Source: Trypethelium eluteriae
Lineage: Eukaryota
Direction of reading: 5' to 3'
DNA: 24,550 nucleotides
Assembly (NCBI GenBank): GCA_051942245.1
Contig: JAVECL010000032.1
Location: forward strand, 62,001-86,550
In this document: one piece after another, positions 9,579 to 20,695 of the stretch
Layout of the letters: each line of letters opens with the position of its first letter
Position numbering within the stretch: position 1 is the first letter of the stretch
Made by a program: the position numbers and the translations under genes
Notes under the pieces: model-generated
Seen by the model: only the letters and a program-made list of their open reading frames with translations
Told to the model about the DNA's origin: nothing
Databases searched by the model: none

Positions 9579-12333
9579 TCACTCCTTCGCAGAATTAGGC
9601 TCGACCTCCTCGATCTCTCCTTCCTCACTTCCAGATTGCAGTGCGGGATCCTCCTTGGGTGGTTCCGACGACTTGTGGCGGCGCTGTGGCGAATGGGAAC
9701 CGTAGTCGCGGCGTTGTCGCTGTGGTACCACAAAAGAATTACACATTAGCTTTCAAGTTTGAATTTGACTGTTGGGGGCTACAAGTGAAGGAGTACGTGA
9801 AGAAATAAACTTTTACAGCTCCACACGGTTACGCCACGATGGCTACACCGGAATCTGGAAAGCTGTCCCTTCTTCAGAGAAATGTAGCAGGCATAGAAAA
9901 AGTGTTCAAGACACTCATACCCATCCAAATCTACAAGGCTGCGTCATGTGGACTGTGCCAAGTGTAGATATCAGGCTCGGTTTCAGGAACAGGGGTACAA
10001 CTCGTAAAGAGGCAGCCCACCTTATGCAAATAGAGGCCCTCACTGGCCTCACTCTCCTCACTGCGCGGGCGTCGACCCAAGCTGGCGGACCCACTGCCGC
10101 GGTCCTCAGCTCCGGTGCCTTCGCCATAGTCGAGCGCTCGGCTCTTCGATCGCAGGTCAGAGCGCGAGACATAGCCCCTCTCTCTTTCGGCCTCACGCTC
10201 CCGCCGCGCGACATCGTGATTCGTGCCGCCAAACCAGCTATTGCGGCGGTCGCGCCAGTCACGGTCGTCACGCGTGCTGCGTGCGCGCGGCGAGCGAGGC
10301 GGTGGAGACAGGCCCGTGGTGCCGGTGCGGTGGTGCTGACGCTCGCGGTCGGCGATGGCTTTGCGGCGGTCGGCTTCGTAGGGATCGGCTTCTGGGCTGC
10401 GCGTGCGACGGGTGGTGCGGTCGCGGTCGCGGTCACGATCGCGGTGGGAGCTGGAGGCGCCGTTGCGGGGGTCGTGACGGTCGTGGTGGCGGCGTGGGTG
10501 CTCGCGTGTGGTGTCGTCGGCTTTCTCGCGGAGGCGGCGCTGGAACTTGTCGAAGGCTGCCTTACGAAGGTCGTCGGAGTCGAGAGCTTTGTATTCGGGG
10601 GTGTCTTCGACGCGTGAGCGGACGCGTTCCCAGGTATCTTCGAGTGAGACGGGTGGATTGAGGTGCTTGATGCATGAACGAAGATCGTCAATCGCACGAC
10701 GTTGACGCTTTTCGATGTGATGGGATGATTCTTCAAGCTTCTTTGAGAGCTTTTCCTTCAGGCGGTCGAAGATGAGTTGGAGGGAATCAGTGTCAAGATT
10801 TGCGGTGCGACGGTTATTGCGCATAAATTTGAGGAAGTCGTCAAAAGAGGTCTGCGGAATAAGCTCGAAGCGCTGGTCTTCTATAACATCAAGGACATCA
10901 TTACGCTTTGCGCGAAGGGTTGCCTCGTCTTCTTCAACGACGTCCCAGAAGAAATCGAGAGGTGTTGACCCTGGCTGGCCCAGCATATCGGTGTAGCGGT
11001 GGTCGTCTTTAAACAACGGGTAAACATTCATCCATTTAGAGCCCGCTTTGACGTGTCCTTTGGCTCTCAACTCGCCCAGGAGCTCTTTAAAAGCATCGCG
11101 ATTTTTGCGTTCACGGCGATATTTGAGAACCTTCTCTCTTTGACGGCGTTCATTCCAGTCGCGTTCGAGCGTTTTAATGTGATTTTCAAACACACCGAGT
11201 ATCTCAAATTTTTCAAGGGTTCGGAATTTGGGATCATTCTGGAATTTCTCGTTGGACTTGATACGCTCTTGGGCATCAAACCAGCGAGTGTACGGTTCCA
11301 GTCTCATAGACCCAAGAATATCAGCAAGCTCGTCAACCGCAGCTTTGCGCGCGGCTTCTTCTTCTTCGTTGTGCTGGCGGCGGAGCTCTGCGACGTATTC
11401 TTCGAAGAGAGCGCGACGCTCATCTTCGTTATCGGTCGATCGGAATATTGTCTCGTCCTGGATGATTGGTCGGATTGTTTTCCAGCGGGAATAATAGACA
11501 ATCTCGGGGTGTCGTCTGAGCATTATGCCAAAGTCATTGCGGAGCTTGGCGACCCTCTCCTTCTCTCGCTCCTTCTCCTGTTCGCGTTGCTGCAACAGAT
11601 ATTTCTCAAAAGCAAGCTTTCGATCTTTGGGATCTTTCACAGCCCGGTAATGTGGGTCTCTGGCGCAAGCCTCTACCATTTGCTGGAATGTCCAGTCTTG
11701 TTGTACGCCAACTCGTTTGAGCAATTTGAAAAACGCAGCTTCAGCCTCCTCGGCAGAACCAAAATTGGTCTCCTCGGAGCCAGGTATAGCAGCAGCTCTA
11801 AACCCATCAGCAGAGCCGTATCCGAACTGTCTGTCGTGGCCTGTTCTCTCATGGGCACTCCATGGCTCATTGCGCTCATTCTGCGAATTATACTGTTGCG
11901 ACGAATACGGTGGCCGAGAGAAGGTGGAGGCGCCCCCAGCAACGAATGTTTGTTGACTGAAAATCAGTATTAGTAGGGTATTTAGTTTTTCGAGGGAAAT
12001 CAACCTACGTGGTACTGGGTCGCTGAGCAGATCGCTGGGGTGGCTCTGCATCCTTGAACTCCTGTGGCATTTCCCATGTTGTCTGATTCGTTTGCTTGTT
12101 GTGCCAATACTTGCGGCCATCAGAACTGTATTCCGTCCATGGAGAATTCTTGCGAGCTCTCTATTGTTCCTCGTTAGTGCGTATCAGGATAGCTTGGAAG
12201 TAGCACAACTCACTTCAGCCGGTGTCATCAAGGCTTCTGGCTTCTCCCATTGCGTTTCCTTGGTCTGGCTGTTGTAGTAGTAAGTTCTACCATCCGGTGC
12301 CTGGGCCGGCTGCCACAGAGCTACACCGTTCAT
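9579..12333 (-). CDS. PRP40: Pre-mRNA-processing factor 40 (U1 snRNP WW/FF-domain protein), about 782 aa. Exons (minus): 12333-12214, 12160-12009, 11956-10021, 9719-9579
   Basis: Two WW domains (WQPAQAPDGRTYYYNSQTKETQWEKP; WTEYSSDGRKYWHNKQTNQTTWEMP) and multiple FF repeats (EAAFFKLLKRVGVQQDWTF; RDAFKELLGEL; GSTPLDFFWDVVE). R/D/S-rich tail, then a last exon ending QSGSEEGEIEEVEPNSAKE*. Exons total 2349 nt, in frame. Confidence 0.93.
9921..9952 (-). other. Candidate 32-nt stop-containing cassette (poison) exon in PRP40 intron 3
   Basis: Branch CTGAT 9974-9970 and acceptor CAG 9955-9953. The exon reads TCC ACA TGA with an in-frame stop at 9946-9944, and donor GG|GTATGA starts at 9920. Confidence 0.45.
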
Positions 12334-12685
12334 TGTGAAGAGCAGGCGCGATAGCCTCGCGCAAGCTCATCCGGGCAGTAAATTGACGCGTGTTGTGTTC
12401 AGCGAAGCCCGCGAGAGTGCGAGAGCTGACTAAAGAAGTGAAAGCGTAAATTTCCCAAAGTGAGGTTGAAGCTCTAAGGGCTCCGTAGCTAGTAAGTTTT
12501 TGCGCGCAAGCGAGCTTAAGCGCGCGGCCGAGTGATGCAAGCGTTAGATCACTGACCCCTGTCGCGTCACACAACTCGCATCTATCAACCTACCTACTTG
12601 CGCGGAATGCATCCCTGCGAAGGTAAATTCAGACAGCCAGAATTTGCTAAACTCCTTCCTCAACCAATCTCGAGCATGTCTCGAT
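12334..12685. promoter_or_regulatory. Bidirectional promoter of PRP40 and TRS65, CGCG-rich, with an MCB-like ACGCGT
   Basis: 352 bp between divergent ATGs. ACGCGT at 12386-12391, palindrome TTGCGCGCAA at 12500-12509, and at least 8 CGCG sites. Confidence 0.55.
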
Positions 12686-14631
12686 ATGTCCGATCGCCTA
12701 GATGAGTCCAAGATAAGAGCCAGTGTGGATTTCGCAGAAGCGTCGGTGCTAGACACAATTGTTCCTGCCATACCGAGCGTAAATATTCAAGATGCATTTC
12801 ATGATTGGGACGGAACCTCTTCTGCTCAGGGAGCAAGTCTACTCCCATTCATTGAACAGAGGCAGTTTCTACTCTTTGGTGAGCCTCTACTGCTCCCATC
12901 TCCTCGAGGCTTATCCTCTTACTCATTCCTAGGTTACTAGATGAACATATACCGGTTTACCTTGTCCTTCGCGCTCCCGTCACAGGCGAAGATATTCTGA
13001 AATCATATTTGTCACGGTTGGCTATCAATCTGCAAGCTCACGCCGTTGATATCGCTCCGCAACCTCCCTCCAAGGATCCTCCCTCGAATCCAAATACATC
13101 GACTGCTCGTTCACTCGCCCAACCAAAAGACCTCCTGTATTCCGAAGACATTGCCCAAAGCCAGCATCCTTTCATCGCAGTTCGCGCAGTTAGTGATGAA
13201 GAAGATGCCGAGGAAGTCGATACGCAACAAGTTTATGTAATTTGGAGAAAGACCATCTACTTAGGCCGTCCAAAGATTCGCATGCAGAAGCCTGCCATAT
13301 ATTTTGCTGCAACAGCCAGTCTGAAGCACTTCGAGCAAAAGTCATCAATTGACGGGGCAGATGAGTACCTCGAAAGCAATGTAGCCTCTCCAATGAACCT
13401 GCTGGAGCCATTCAATTATGATCCTGCTTTTGCGGGCAAAGGACTATATCTTTCCGCTTCGCGCGTAACTAAGGTTTCTCCTGCAAAGCCTACTACTCAC
13501 GAATTCTCGCCGCCCCTAAGGACGAGCAACCGGAAAATGTTTCAAGCTGCTCCTGCCATTCTGCTAAAAGTACATTATACAAGAATGCCACCTGGTTCCA
13601 AGTTCCCTGTCCTGGCCTCACTCAGCCTGGAAGTCACTGCATTTGCTAGCTCTGATGTTAGAATCGAGGAAATCCACACGCAGCTATCCAATGGAACATG
13701 CGAGACGTTTGGTATCGATAATCTGCAGTTACCCGTGACACAGAGTCCAGGTAACGAGACAACATGGGTTCGCCGGTTGGCATCCACAAATATTCCAGAA
13801 GGAAGAGATAGTGCAAATATCCACCTTTTCGAAATCAAAGTGCTTGGGAAAGTTCTACTTTCTGATGACTGTTCTGCGGCGATCGAGGTCATTTGGAGAA
13901 GCAACGTCGATCTTGGTCCGTTGCCTCCAGCTCCTGGTACAAGGTAATTAATAATCAATTTCTCTTCGAAATCACCTGTCATTGCTGTACCCCAATTGAT
14001 ACGAGGCTTAGGAATTCTCAAAGCTTGTCCAGAGGCCGAGGTGCAAGTATATCTTCCGCAACATCTGCGCAAGCTTTGCGTCGTCCATCCAGTGTAGATG
14101 GAGGCGGAGACCAGAGTCCGCCTTCGACGAATGATTTTGGTATCACCGTCACATTCTCTGGGCCGGCAGAAGTTCATGTGGGTGAGATTTTACGTTGGGA
14201 TGTCCTACTGCTCAACCGTTCTCCACATCGGAGAAGCCTTGCTATTATAGCTTTACCGAAACGGAAGAGAGTCAAATCTAGCCATCACTTTGGACAAAGC
14301 GAGGGTGGTTCTATTGCACATGCCATACTCGACGAGCACACGTTGTATTCTCTTCAAGCACGAGCAACTCTAGAGCCAGTAGGGTTGGTGAGCCTGAGTC
14401 CAGATGTACGGATAGGGTTTGTCTCTCCCGCCATAGTTTGATGTCAAGCTCGCAGTACTAACATCCTGTTCCTCCAGGCCGCTGGCGCCAGGTGCATGTT
14501 ACCAAACGTCGCTTGAATTTTTAGTGTTGACTCCTGGAATTTTGCATCTAGACGCGGTGCGCGTCTTTGACCTTGCCACTCAGCAGTTCATCGACACTCG
14601 AGATCTTCCTGATACTGTAGCATTAGAATAA
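12686..14631 (+). CDS. TRS65: TRAPPII complex subunit Trs65, about 584 aa. Exons: 12686-12878, 12941-13943, 14012-14416, 14478-14631
   Basis: Motifs I recognise from Pezizomycotina Trs65: FIEQRQFLLFDE, VYLVLR, LGRPKIRMQKPAIYF, GITVTFSGPAEVHVGE..W...LLNRS, LVSLSPDVRIGPLAPGAC, LHLDAVRVFDLATQQFIDTRDLPD. Splice phases are consistent and exons total 1755 nt. Confidence 0.85.
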
Positions 14632-15143
14632 GCATGAGAATAATATGAACACGGGCATGTTGAATTTCCGGTGAGTTATTTCACCGGCAACATTTGCCTG
14701 TGACCCGGCAAAGCCAGTAGCGAAAGTACTTAAATCAAGTGATCTCAATGTAGAGCATGACGACGGAGATATAAAGAATTCATCGTAGGATCGTAAAGAT
14801 GCAGGAGCTATAAGAAAACAGTTCCGAAAGATGTCCAAGTGGTCAATTGAAATTTGAAGTGTTTCCCCAAACGCAGGATGTGCCACCATCCAATAGAGAT
14901 GCGCTGAGACTCCGCCTGCATCCTCTCCTCTTTAGGCTCCTTCACGCCGCCGCTCTGAAACCCGCATCCCTTCCTTCAACTCCGCCAGCCCTTCGTTCGC
15001 AGGCACGAACGGCCCTATTTCACCTCTTCCACCTCATCACTCACCTCTCTCCCCACCCTGCTTGGTACACTGTCACGGGCTTTCTCTCACATTCACCAGC
15101 TGAACGCACCTGCCGCACAGTCCACCGAAGTCACGTCATCAAA

Positions 15144-16278
15144 ATGTCGTCCTTTGTCGAACAACGACGTCGCCTCCTGCGAAACCTCAACTCCAGATAT
15201 ATCTACGGCAGAGTGGTCAGTTGAGCCTCGTCCAAGACTTTCGCTGCCATAGCGTGAATTGTGGACGAAATCTACCACGTACCTAAGGCATCTGAAGCTA
15301 ACTTCTTGACAACTGTAGCCTCTGCTCCACGCCTTCGTCTTCCTCTTTCAGCTTGCTATGGTGTCTATACTTACGCGGAAATTCAGTGCCTATTATGATC
15401 GCAGACCTGGTATGATGGCATTAGGATCTACTGGAGAGCGTAGCTTGCTAACCAAGACTTCATTAGTCCTTACGACCATGATAACCAACGCCGTACGTTC
15501 ACGTTCCTTAGTGCAATGAAACAACATGCAGTCCCCATTCACATGCGCAAGTCTAACAATATGCTCCACAGCTACTGGGAGGAATAGCCGACACCGTTGC
15601 GCAGAGTCTCACTGCCATCCGTCAGCGCGCTGTCCGCAAGCCCGGCGGCCCAGATCCCAAGGATGACTTCATCGCCATCGAGATCCACGACCTGGACCGA
15701 AAAAACAGCCTCCCCACACACGAATTGATTCCATCGTCACGCAGCCTCCCGCCACCATTCGACTTTGAGCGACTGACCCGATTCATGTCATACGGTTTCC
15801 TGATGGCACCTATCCAGCATCGGTGGTTCAGCTTCTTGTCGACAACGTTCGCCTTCACCACGAAGTCCAGAACGGTCCCGGCGCTGAAGAGGGTGGCTTT
15901 TGATCAGCTGATATTCGCGCCGCTTGGTATGTTGCTGAGAATGGAAGTTGGCATTTGGCTTGGGCAAGTTGAGCTAATTGATGGGGATAGGTCTTGCTGC
16001 GTTCTTCACATTCATGACGGTGGCCGAGGGTGGTGGTCGGAGAGCAGTGATGAAGAAGTTTCAGGACGTATACATGCCTGCTCTCAAGGCGAACTACTTG
16101 GTGTGGCCTCTGGTGCAGATTCTTAACTTCAGAATTGTCCCTCTTCCTCTACAGATTGTGAGTGTCTCCGGAAAGAGTCTTTCAGTTTCACGCTAACATG
16201 AGGCAGCCATTCGTGTCCACCGTCGGTATTGCCTGGACAGCCTACCTGTCATTGACCAATCAGTCAGACGAGGCGTAG
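15144..16278 (+). CDS. Mpv17/PMP22 family integral membrane protein, about 260 aa. Exons: 15144-15215, 15319-15409, 15467-15492, 15572-15926, 15991-16157, 16207-16278
   Basis: RPVLTTMITNALLGGIADTVAQ, FDFERLTRFMSYG, KRVAFDQLIFAP, KANYLVWPLVQILNFRIVP and FVSTVGIAWTAYLS are hallmark Mpv17/PMP22 motifs. Five GT-AG introns with CTAAY branch points; exons total 783 nt. Confidence 0.92.
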
Positions 16279-16899
16279 GCATAAGTACGCTAGACGACTT
16301 CGATTTTCGACCTAGGCCATGTACTACTTCCTGGGAGTCGAGAAGATCTGCAACCATAGATTCTAAGAATCAAGAGGCTCATATTGTGAACGAGGCGTTA
16401 TGGAGAATCAACACATGGTTCGGGTTATTTACGAGCATTGGGTCACTTTCTGGTTTGTGGGTCGGGGAACATCACAGAGCCTAACGGTGAACAAGGTGTA
16501 CAAACGGCGTCCTGACCTCCGGTATGTTGGTAGTCGTTTCCAACGAGATGCAATATCTTTCATCGGATTTGTTATTCTTAGCGTGCTGATCGAGAGGCGT
16601 ACCAATCATGACGCACCCCGTCCATGCTTCACTAGCTCGAGGTGATAATCCAAAGGTTTCCTGCTTGCCCTTCAAGATGTGTCAATGTCGTCCAAACCTT
16701 TGTAATTTGCGTCTCGTCTATCTACGTGATTTACAGAATTCCACTGGCCTTCCACCCGTCCCCTCTTCTTTCACTCACAAGCCTTACAGCCGCCTGTTTA
16801 ATCCTGGAGATGGATATCAATACTACTTACGTACCGAGACTCTATAGAATCTGACATTTCAACGATGTCTTGCCACGACATTAACCGACAAAATCTCAT

Positions 16900-17990
16900 T
16901 GAAAATGCGGTCATTTATACAAGATGCGCCAAAATGAGCGCTGAATCTGGACTTGCGGGAGACCCTTTGACACATCGTCTATTATGGCGGAGGGTCCTAT
17001 GGAGCCCTACAAGTTGAGAGGAGCAACTTCGTAAACGCATGAGGTCTGGATATTTGAGCTAGCTCGAGCATTCGTGTCGCTCAGCATGAATGAGAAAGAT
17101 GAATCATGTGTTCGATTTCAACTATATCATTTATTCCGGTGCTATCTCAACTGCTGTTCGTTGGTGGGATCTTGCTCATTACGGGACTAAGCTGTGTTTA
17201 TAGCGAGATTATCAGGATAACGGAAATCTCCAAGGATGACCACATGATACTATCAGTTCCTCTTATTCTTTTGGAACTCATGGGATTTGGGAAGACTCTC
17301 GTAAAGCATTCAACTTGTTATTATACAGCTTCCTCTACCAATGGACCAAATGCTGACCTGCTTGCCGATGTGACTTTCTGCAGTACCGGGAAGGCGCCGG
17401 GTTTATTCTCAAGTCTCTTAATTTTTGGGGACGCGGGTCGGGAAAGCTCGTAAAATTCGTCATATTCTTGGTCCGGCTCAGATCTGATCGGATACTCAAG
17501 TGTTTGTCGAGCCTTCCCCAAATCACATCCTTTGGTGGTATAGTAGATACTAATTATCCACGCCTCACCACAATCAGCGCCGAGTTCTGGTCCGCAAACT
17601 TATACTGTGCTACTGCAGAAGGCTCATCTCCTTAAAGTCGACTCCAAGACCGCTGCCGCTTCCAGCACGGTTTCACCGAAACGTACCACCTTGCCTTCCT
17701 ATTTCTGCACAGAGTTTTATCATTGTCAGGGGTCCTTGTTGCACGTACTCTACGAGACAAGGAGTTCGAGACATGCGAGCAATCCATATGAGAACATCGA
17801 CGGGCCCAAAAGTTTGTCGAGAATCAGACCTCCCGGTAAGGCTTGCTACCCAATTTCCATTGTCGGCGTTTAGAGACTGTGATACAGGATATCGGAGACG
17901 AAAGCTCTGGGCTCCTAATCTGACCTCATTGGGTTTCATTGGCAGCAAACTATTCCCTGTCGAATTTTCCCCATTTTTGGCCCCCAAATT
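16900..17990 (-). pseudogene. Possible decayed coding sequence
   Basis: Protein-like fragments in changing minus frames (EGKVVRFGETVLEAAAVLE; LEYPIRSEPDQEYDEFYEL; YHVVILGDFRYPDNLA), broken by stops. No family recognised, and boundaries are approximate. Confidence 0.2.
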
Positions 17991-18559
17991 TTCGGCTGCC
18001 TAGTCTTACCCCATCCTCGGAGAATATGCTAGCCTCAATCGAGGAAGAGAGTGGAGTGTATATCGTTCTCTGCGAGCGACCTTCCGGTGACACTTGATGT
18101 GTCAAAAGGAGAATTGCAGACGTGAGCAAACAAAAAATACTGCGTATGGCAACTCAGTACTGTTGTGGAGCTTTGAGCTCCAAGGCGGTACATAGAGCTG
18201 AGAGCATCCTTGTCGCCCTGAAAATCTCTTTTGCTTTTCCAGCCTTGTGCTTACATTCAGCCATGCAACCACAAGGCTGAAACACAGCCGATCACTTATA
18301 TGCAGCGTGATAGACCTTCTCGAATTGAACGCAAGATCCAAGATTGGCCATATTGTTCCATTCCAGGAGTCAGCATTGACTCATAAGGTGTGCTAGCCGT
18401 TCTGGATAATTCTTCCTCATACTGCTCCAAAATCCAAAGAATTCATTGTGCGTTAACCCATTTATGGTTCAATTTCTACCGTTTCCGAACCGACATAAAC
18501 TTATCAGCAGTCGTATGCCACCTTTACTCCAGATCTAGAGCGAAAGCGTACAACGAGAA

Positions 18560-19993
18560 ATGCCACGTACAGGGTTCAAAGCCTCCCCTGCTCTGCAAAT
18601 TGAGATTCAGGACCAACGACCGATTTATCTTCCAGGTGACACTCTCAATGGCTTCATCCTTAGTGATAAGAAGCCATCCACTCTGCCTCACTCATTACAA
18701 TCCATTCGACTGAAGTTCTTCGGGCGGGCCAAGACGAAATGCGTGGTCAAGTCGGGCAATAGCACGTCCATTTATCGAGGGCGAGCGGTTTTCATTCAAG
18801 TAACGAAGATTATACATAAAGATCATATCTGCGAGACCGGGCAACACGCTTGGCCCTTTTCGATGACCATCCCTGAGCACCCAACACCCAGTATTGCTTC
18901 AAGAGGCGATGCTTTTGATCCGAGCCCGCCGTTCATTTTCACTAGGGATCCTCAGACGAAGCAGGAGACAGACGTGACTCAGCATCAGCTTCCTTCTATC
19001 ATGTACTACTATGATGAGTCTGGGTGGTCAGGCAAGAAGATTCAAGCATACATCGAATACGTACTTCTCGCCGAGGCAGGCTCGACCAAAGCAGTGATGC
19101 CACTCTATGTACGACGACAGTCCGTTCCAAGTCCGATTACAAGTCACGCCATGCAGTTGCGTCCATTTTCTCAGGAGACCAAGACGCTTGCTTTGCTGCC
19201 TGAGTATGCGGAAGGCTCTGCACCGTTTGGTATGAAGTTGAAATCGATTCTCCGGCCGTCGAAGACTCCCAAGTATTCTTACTCTATAATGGTAGCATAT
19301 CCCGCCACCATCCAGCTCGAGCACCCCAAAACGCTTCCTTTCAAGATCTACCTCGTCCCCCATCTGGACTCGAAAGTGACCACGATCTCTCCAGAAGGCA
19401 GCAGTTTGGAACAGCTACCTGTCGTTACCGTCACAAGCATGGAGGTGGAACTCAAAAGTCATGTTCATATCCGTTGCCCTGGTACATTCTCGGATCATAG
19501 CGCTGCAAAACACCATACATACCACATTAGCGGCCGAAGCCTCTCAACACCCATTGCTGTCCCAATCATTCCAAAGTCCGATTCCGAGCCCAAGCAGTCC
19601 CAAGAGACCGCAACTCTTTTTTCCTTCAATCAATATACTGCCTCCAAGCAAGAAACAACAATACCTTCGGCAGCGCTGGATCTCGGCACGCTCTTCTCAG
19701 TCTTTCTTGGGGCAAGGTCTGCCAAACGCCAGATCTATCCCACCTTCGCCACGTACAACATTGCGGTTTCTCACAGCTTGAAATGGAAGGTCAACCTCTC
19801 CTGCGCAGGTGAAAAACATAGCGTTAGTGGAGAGCCGGTCGTGACAGTGCTCGCTCCCAGCGAGGAGCAGGAGGAGATGAAAATGAGACAACTAGGGACA
19901 GAGGGCATGAAGAAGAGCCATGATGAGTTGGAAGCAGGGGCCGAAGCGGCGATAAATCTTGTGGGACAGATTATGCAGGCCGTGACATCGTGA
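18560..19993 (+). CDS. Arrestin-like (Arrestin_N-type) domain protein, 477 aa, intronless
   Basis: IYLPGDTLNG, IRLKFFGRAKTK, YRGRA, HAWPFSMTIP, LPS...AYIEYVL and PTFATYNIAVSHSLKW match fungal alpha-arrestin-like proteins. Single long ATG-initiated ORF. Confidence 0.8.
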   Translation: MPRTGFKASPALQIEIQDQRPIYLPGDTLNGFILSDKKPSTLPHSLQSIRLKFFGRAKTKCVVKSGNSTSIYRGRAVFIQVTKIIHKDHICETGQHAWPFSMTIPEHPTPSIASRGDAFDPSPPFIFTRDPQTKQETDVTQHQLPSIMYYYDESGWSGKKIQAYIEYVLLAEAGSTKAVMPLYVRRQSVPSPITSHAMQLRPFSQETKTLALLPEYAEGSAPFGMKLKSILRPSKTPKYSYSIMVAYPATIQLEHPKTLPFKIYLVPHLDSKVTTISPEGSSLEQLPVVTVTSMEVELKSHVHIRCPGTFSDHSAAKHHTYHISGRSLSTPIAVPIIPKSDSEPKQSQETATLFSFNQYTASKQETTIPSAALDLGTLFSVFLGARSAKRQIYPTFATYNIAVSHSLKWKVNLSCAGEKHSVSGEPVVTVLAPSEEQEEMKMRQLGTEGMKKSHDELEAGAEAAINLVGQIMQAVTS

Positions 19994-20695
19994 GCGTTCA
20001 TATAAAACCTGGGGATTTGCCACGTGGATTTGGTCTTTGGGAGGAAGGCAGAACCGTAAACCGTTTTTGAAGAGACAGGTTGTGAAATCCATCGTGCGCA
20101 GACAATGGACGAAATGCTCTGTAGCTGGGATCGTGCAGCTTCTAGAAAGCTTAATTCGACAGTCTTAATCAGGACTCAAGATGGCTTGCAGCAGTACTAG
20201 CAGATTGCGTGCAGTAGTGCAATGCAAGGCGAGATTTAAACGAGACCCTACGGCTTTCTGTTTGTAAACTTAATTTCCGCAACATACGACCGACGAAGGA
20301 TCCAGTAGACAACCACTAGAAGCTCCTGCGTAAATTGGCGACGAAAAGAGAAGTCATTGGTCTAGTCACATCTTTTTCCTTGAGCCCCACGATCAACGCG
20401 ATAAGGTATTTAGGAAGGGATCCCTTGGTTCTCAATACAGACTAGCACGGACTGCAAGTAATCAGGTGGCCATCATGATCACCATGATGTGAGAATGCGT
20501 TTCAAGTAACCAGGTAGGTGCTACAGGTACCTTGTGTAACGTCTCCCCGCCCTGTGCGTGTCCCTCTACCATTGGATGAAATAGGCCTGAACTGTAAGAC
20601 TATCATGCCTTCATTATGACCCTTCGAGAACTAAGTCGACTCACCTTCTAGTGCACGACAAAATTGATTCAGAGATACAATTTGCTCACATCACG

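Noticed and set aside
9931..10020. C-terminus VGCLF...DAAL of the 729-aa ORF taken as the true PRP40 end
   Set aside because: It begins at a GTGGGC donor, and a downstream in-phase exon supplies the family-like SEEGEI end. Treated as intron read-through.
9772..10736. 281-aa (+) and 273-aa (-) Ala/Val/Thr-rich ORFs
   Set aside because: Alternative frames of the GC-rich, low-complexity R/D/S tail of PRP40; no domain and non-ATG starts.
10999..11973. 324-aa + strand ORF
   Set aside because: Antisense shadow of the PRP40 FF-domain exon; its F/L/V-rich sequence is the expected reverse complement of E/K-rich codons.
20471..20489. CATCATG/CATGATG inverted repeat and nearby short palindromes
   Set aside because: Seven-bp stems are expected by chance in 24 kb; no terminal inverted repeats, target-site duplication or transposase.
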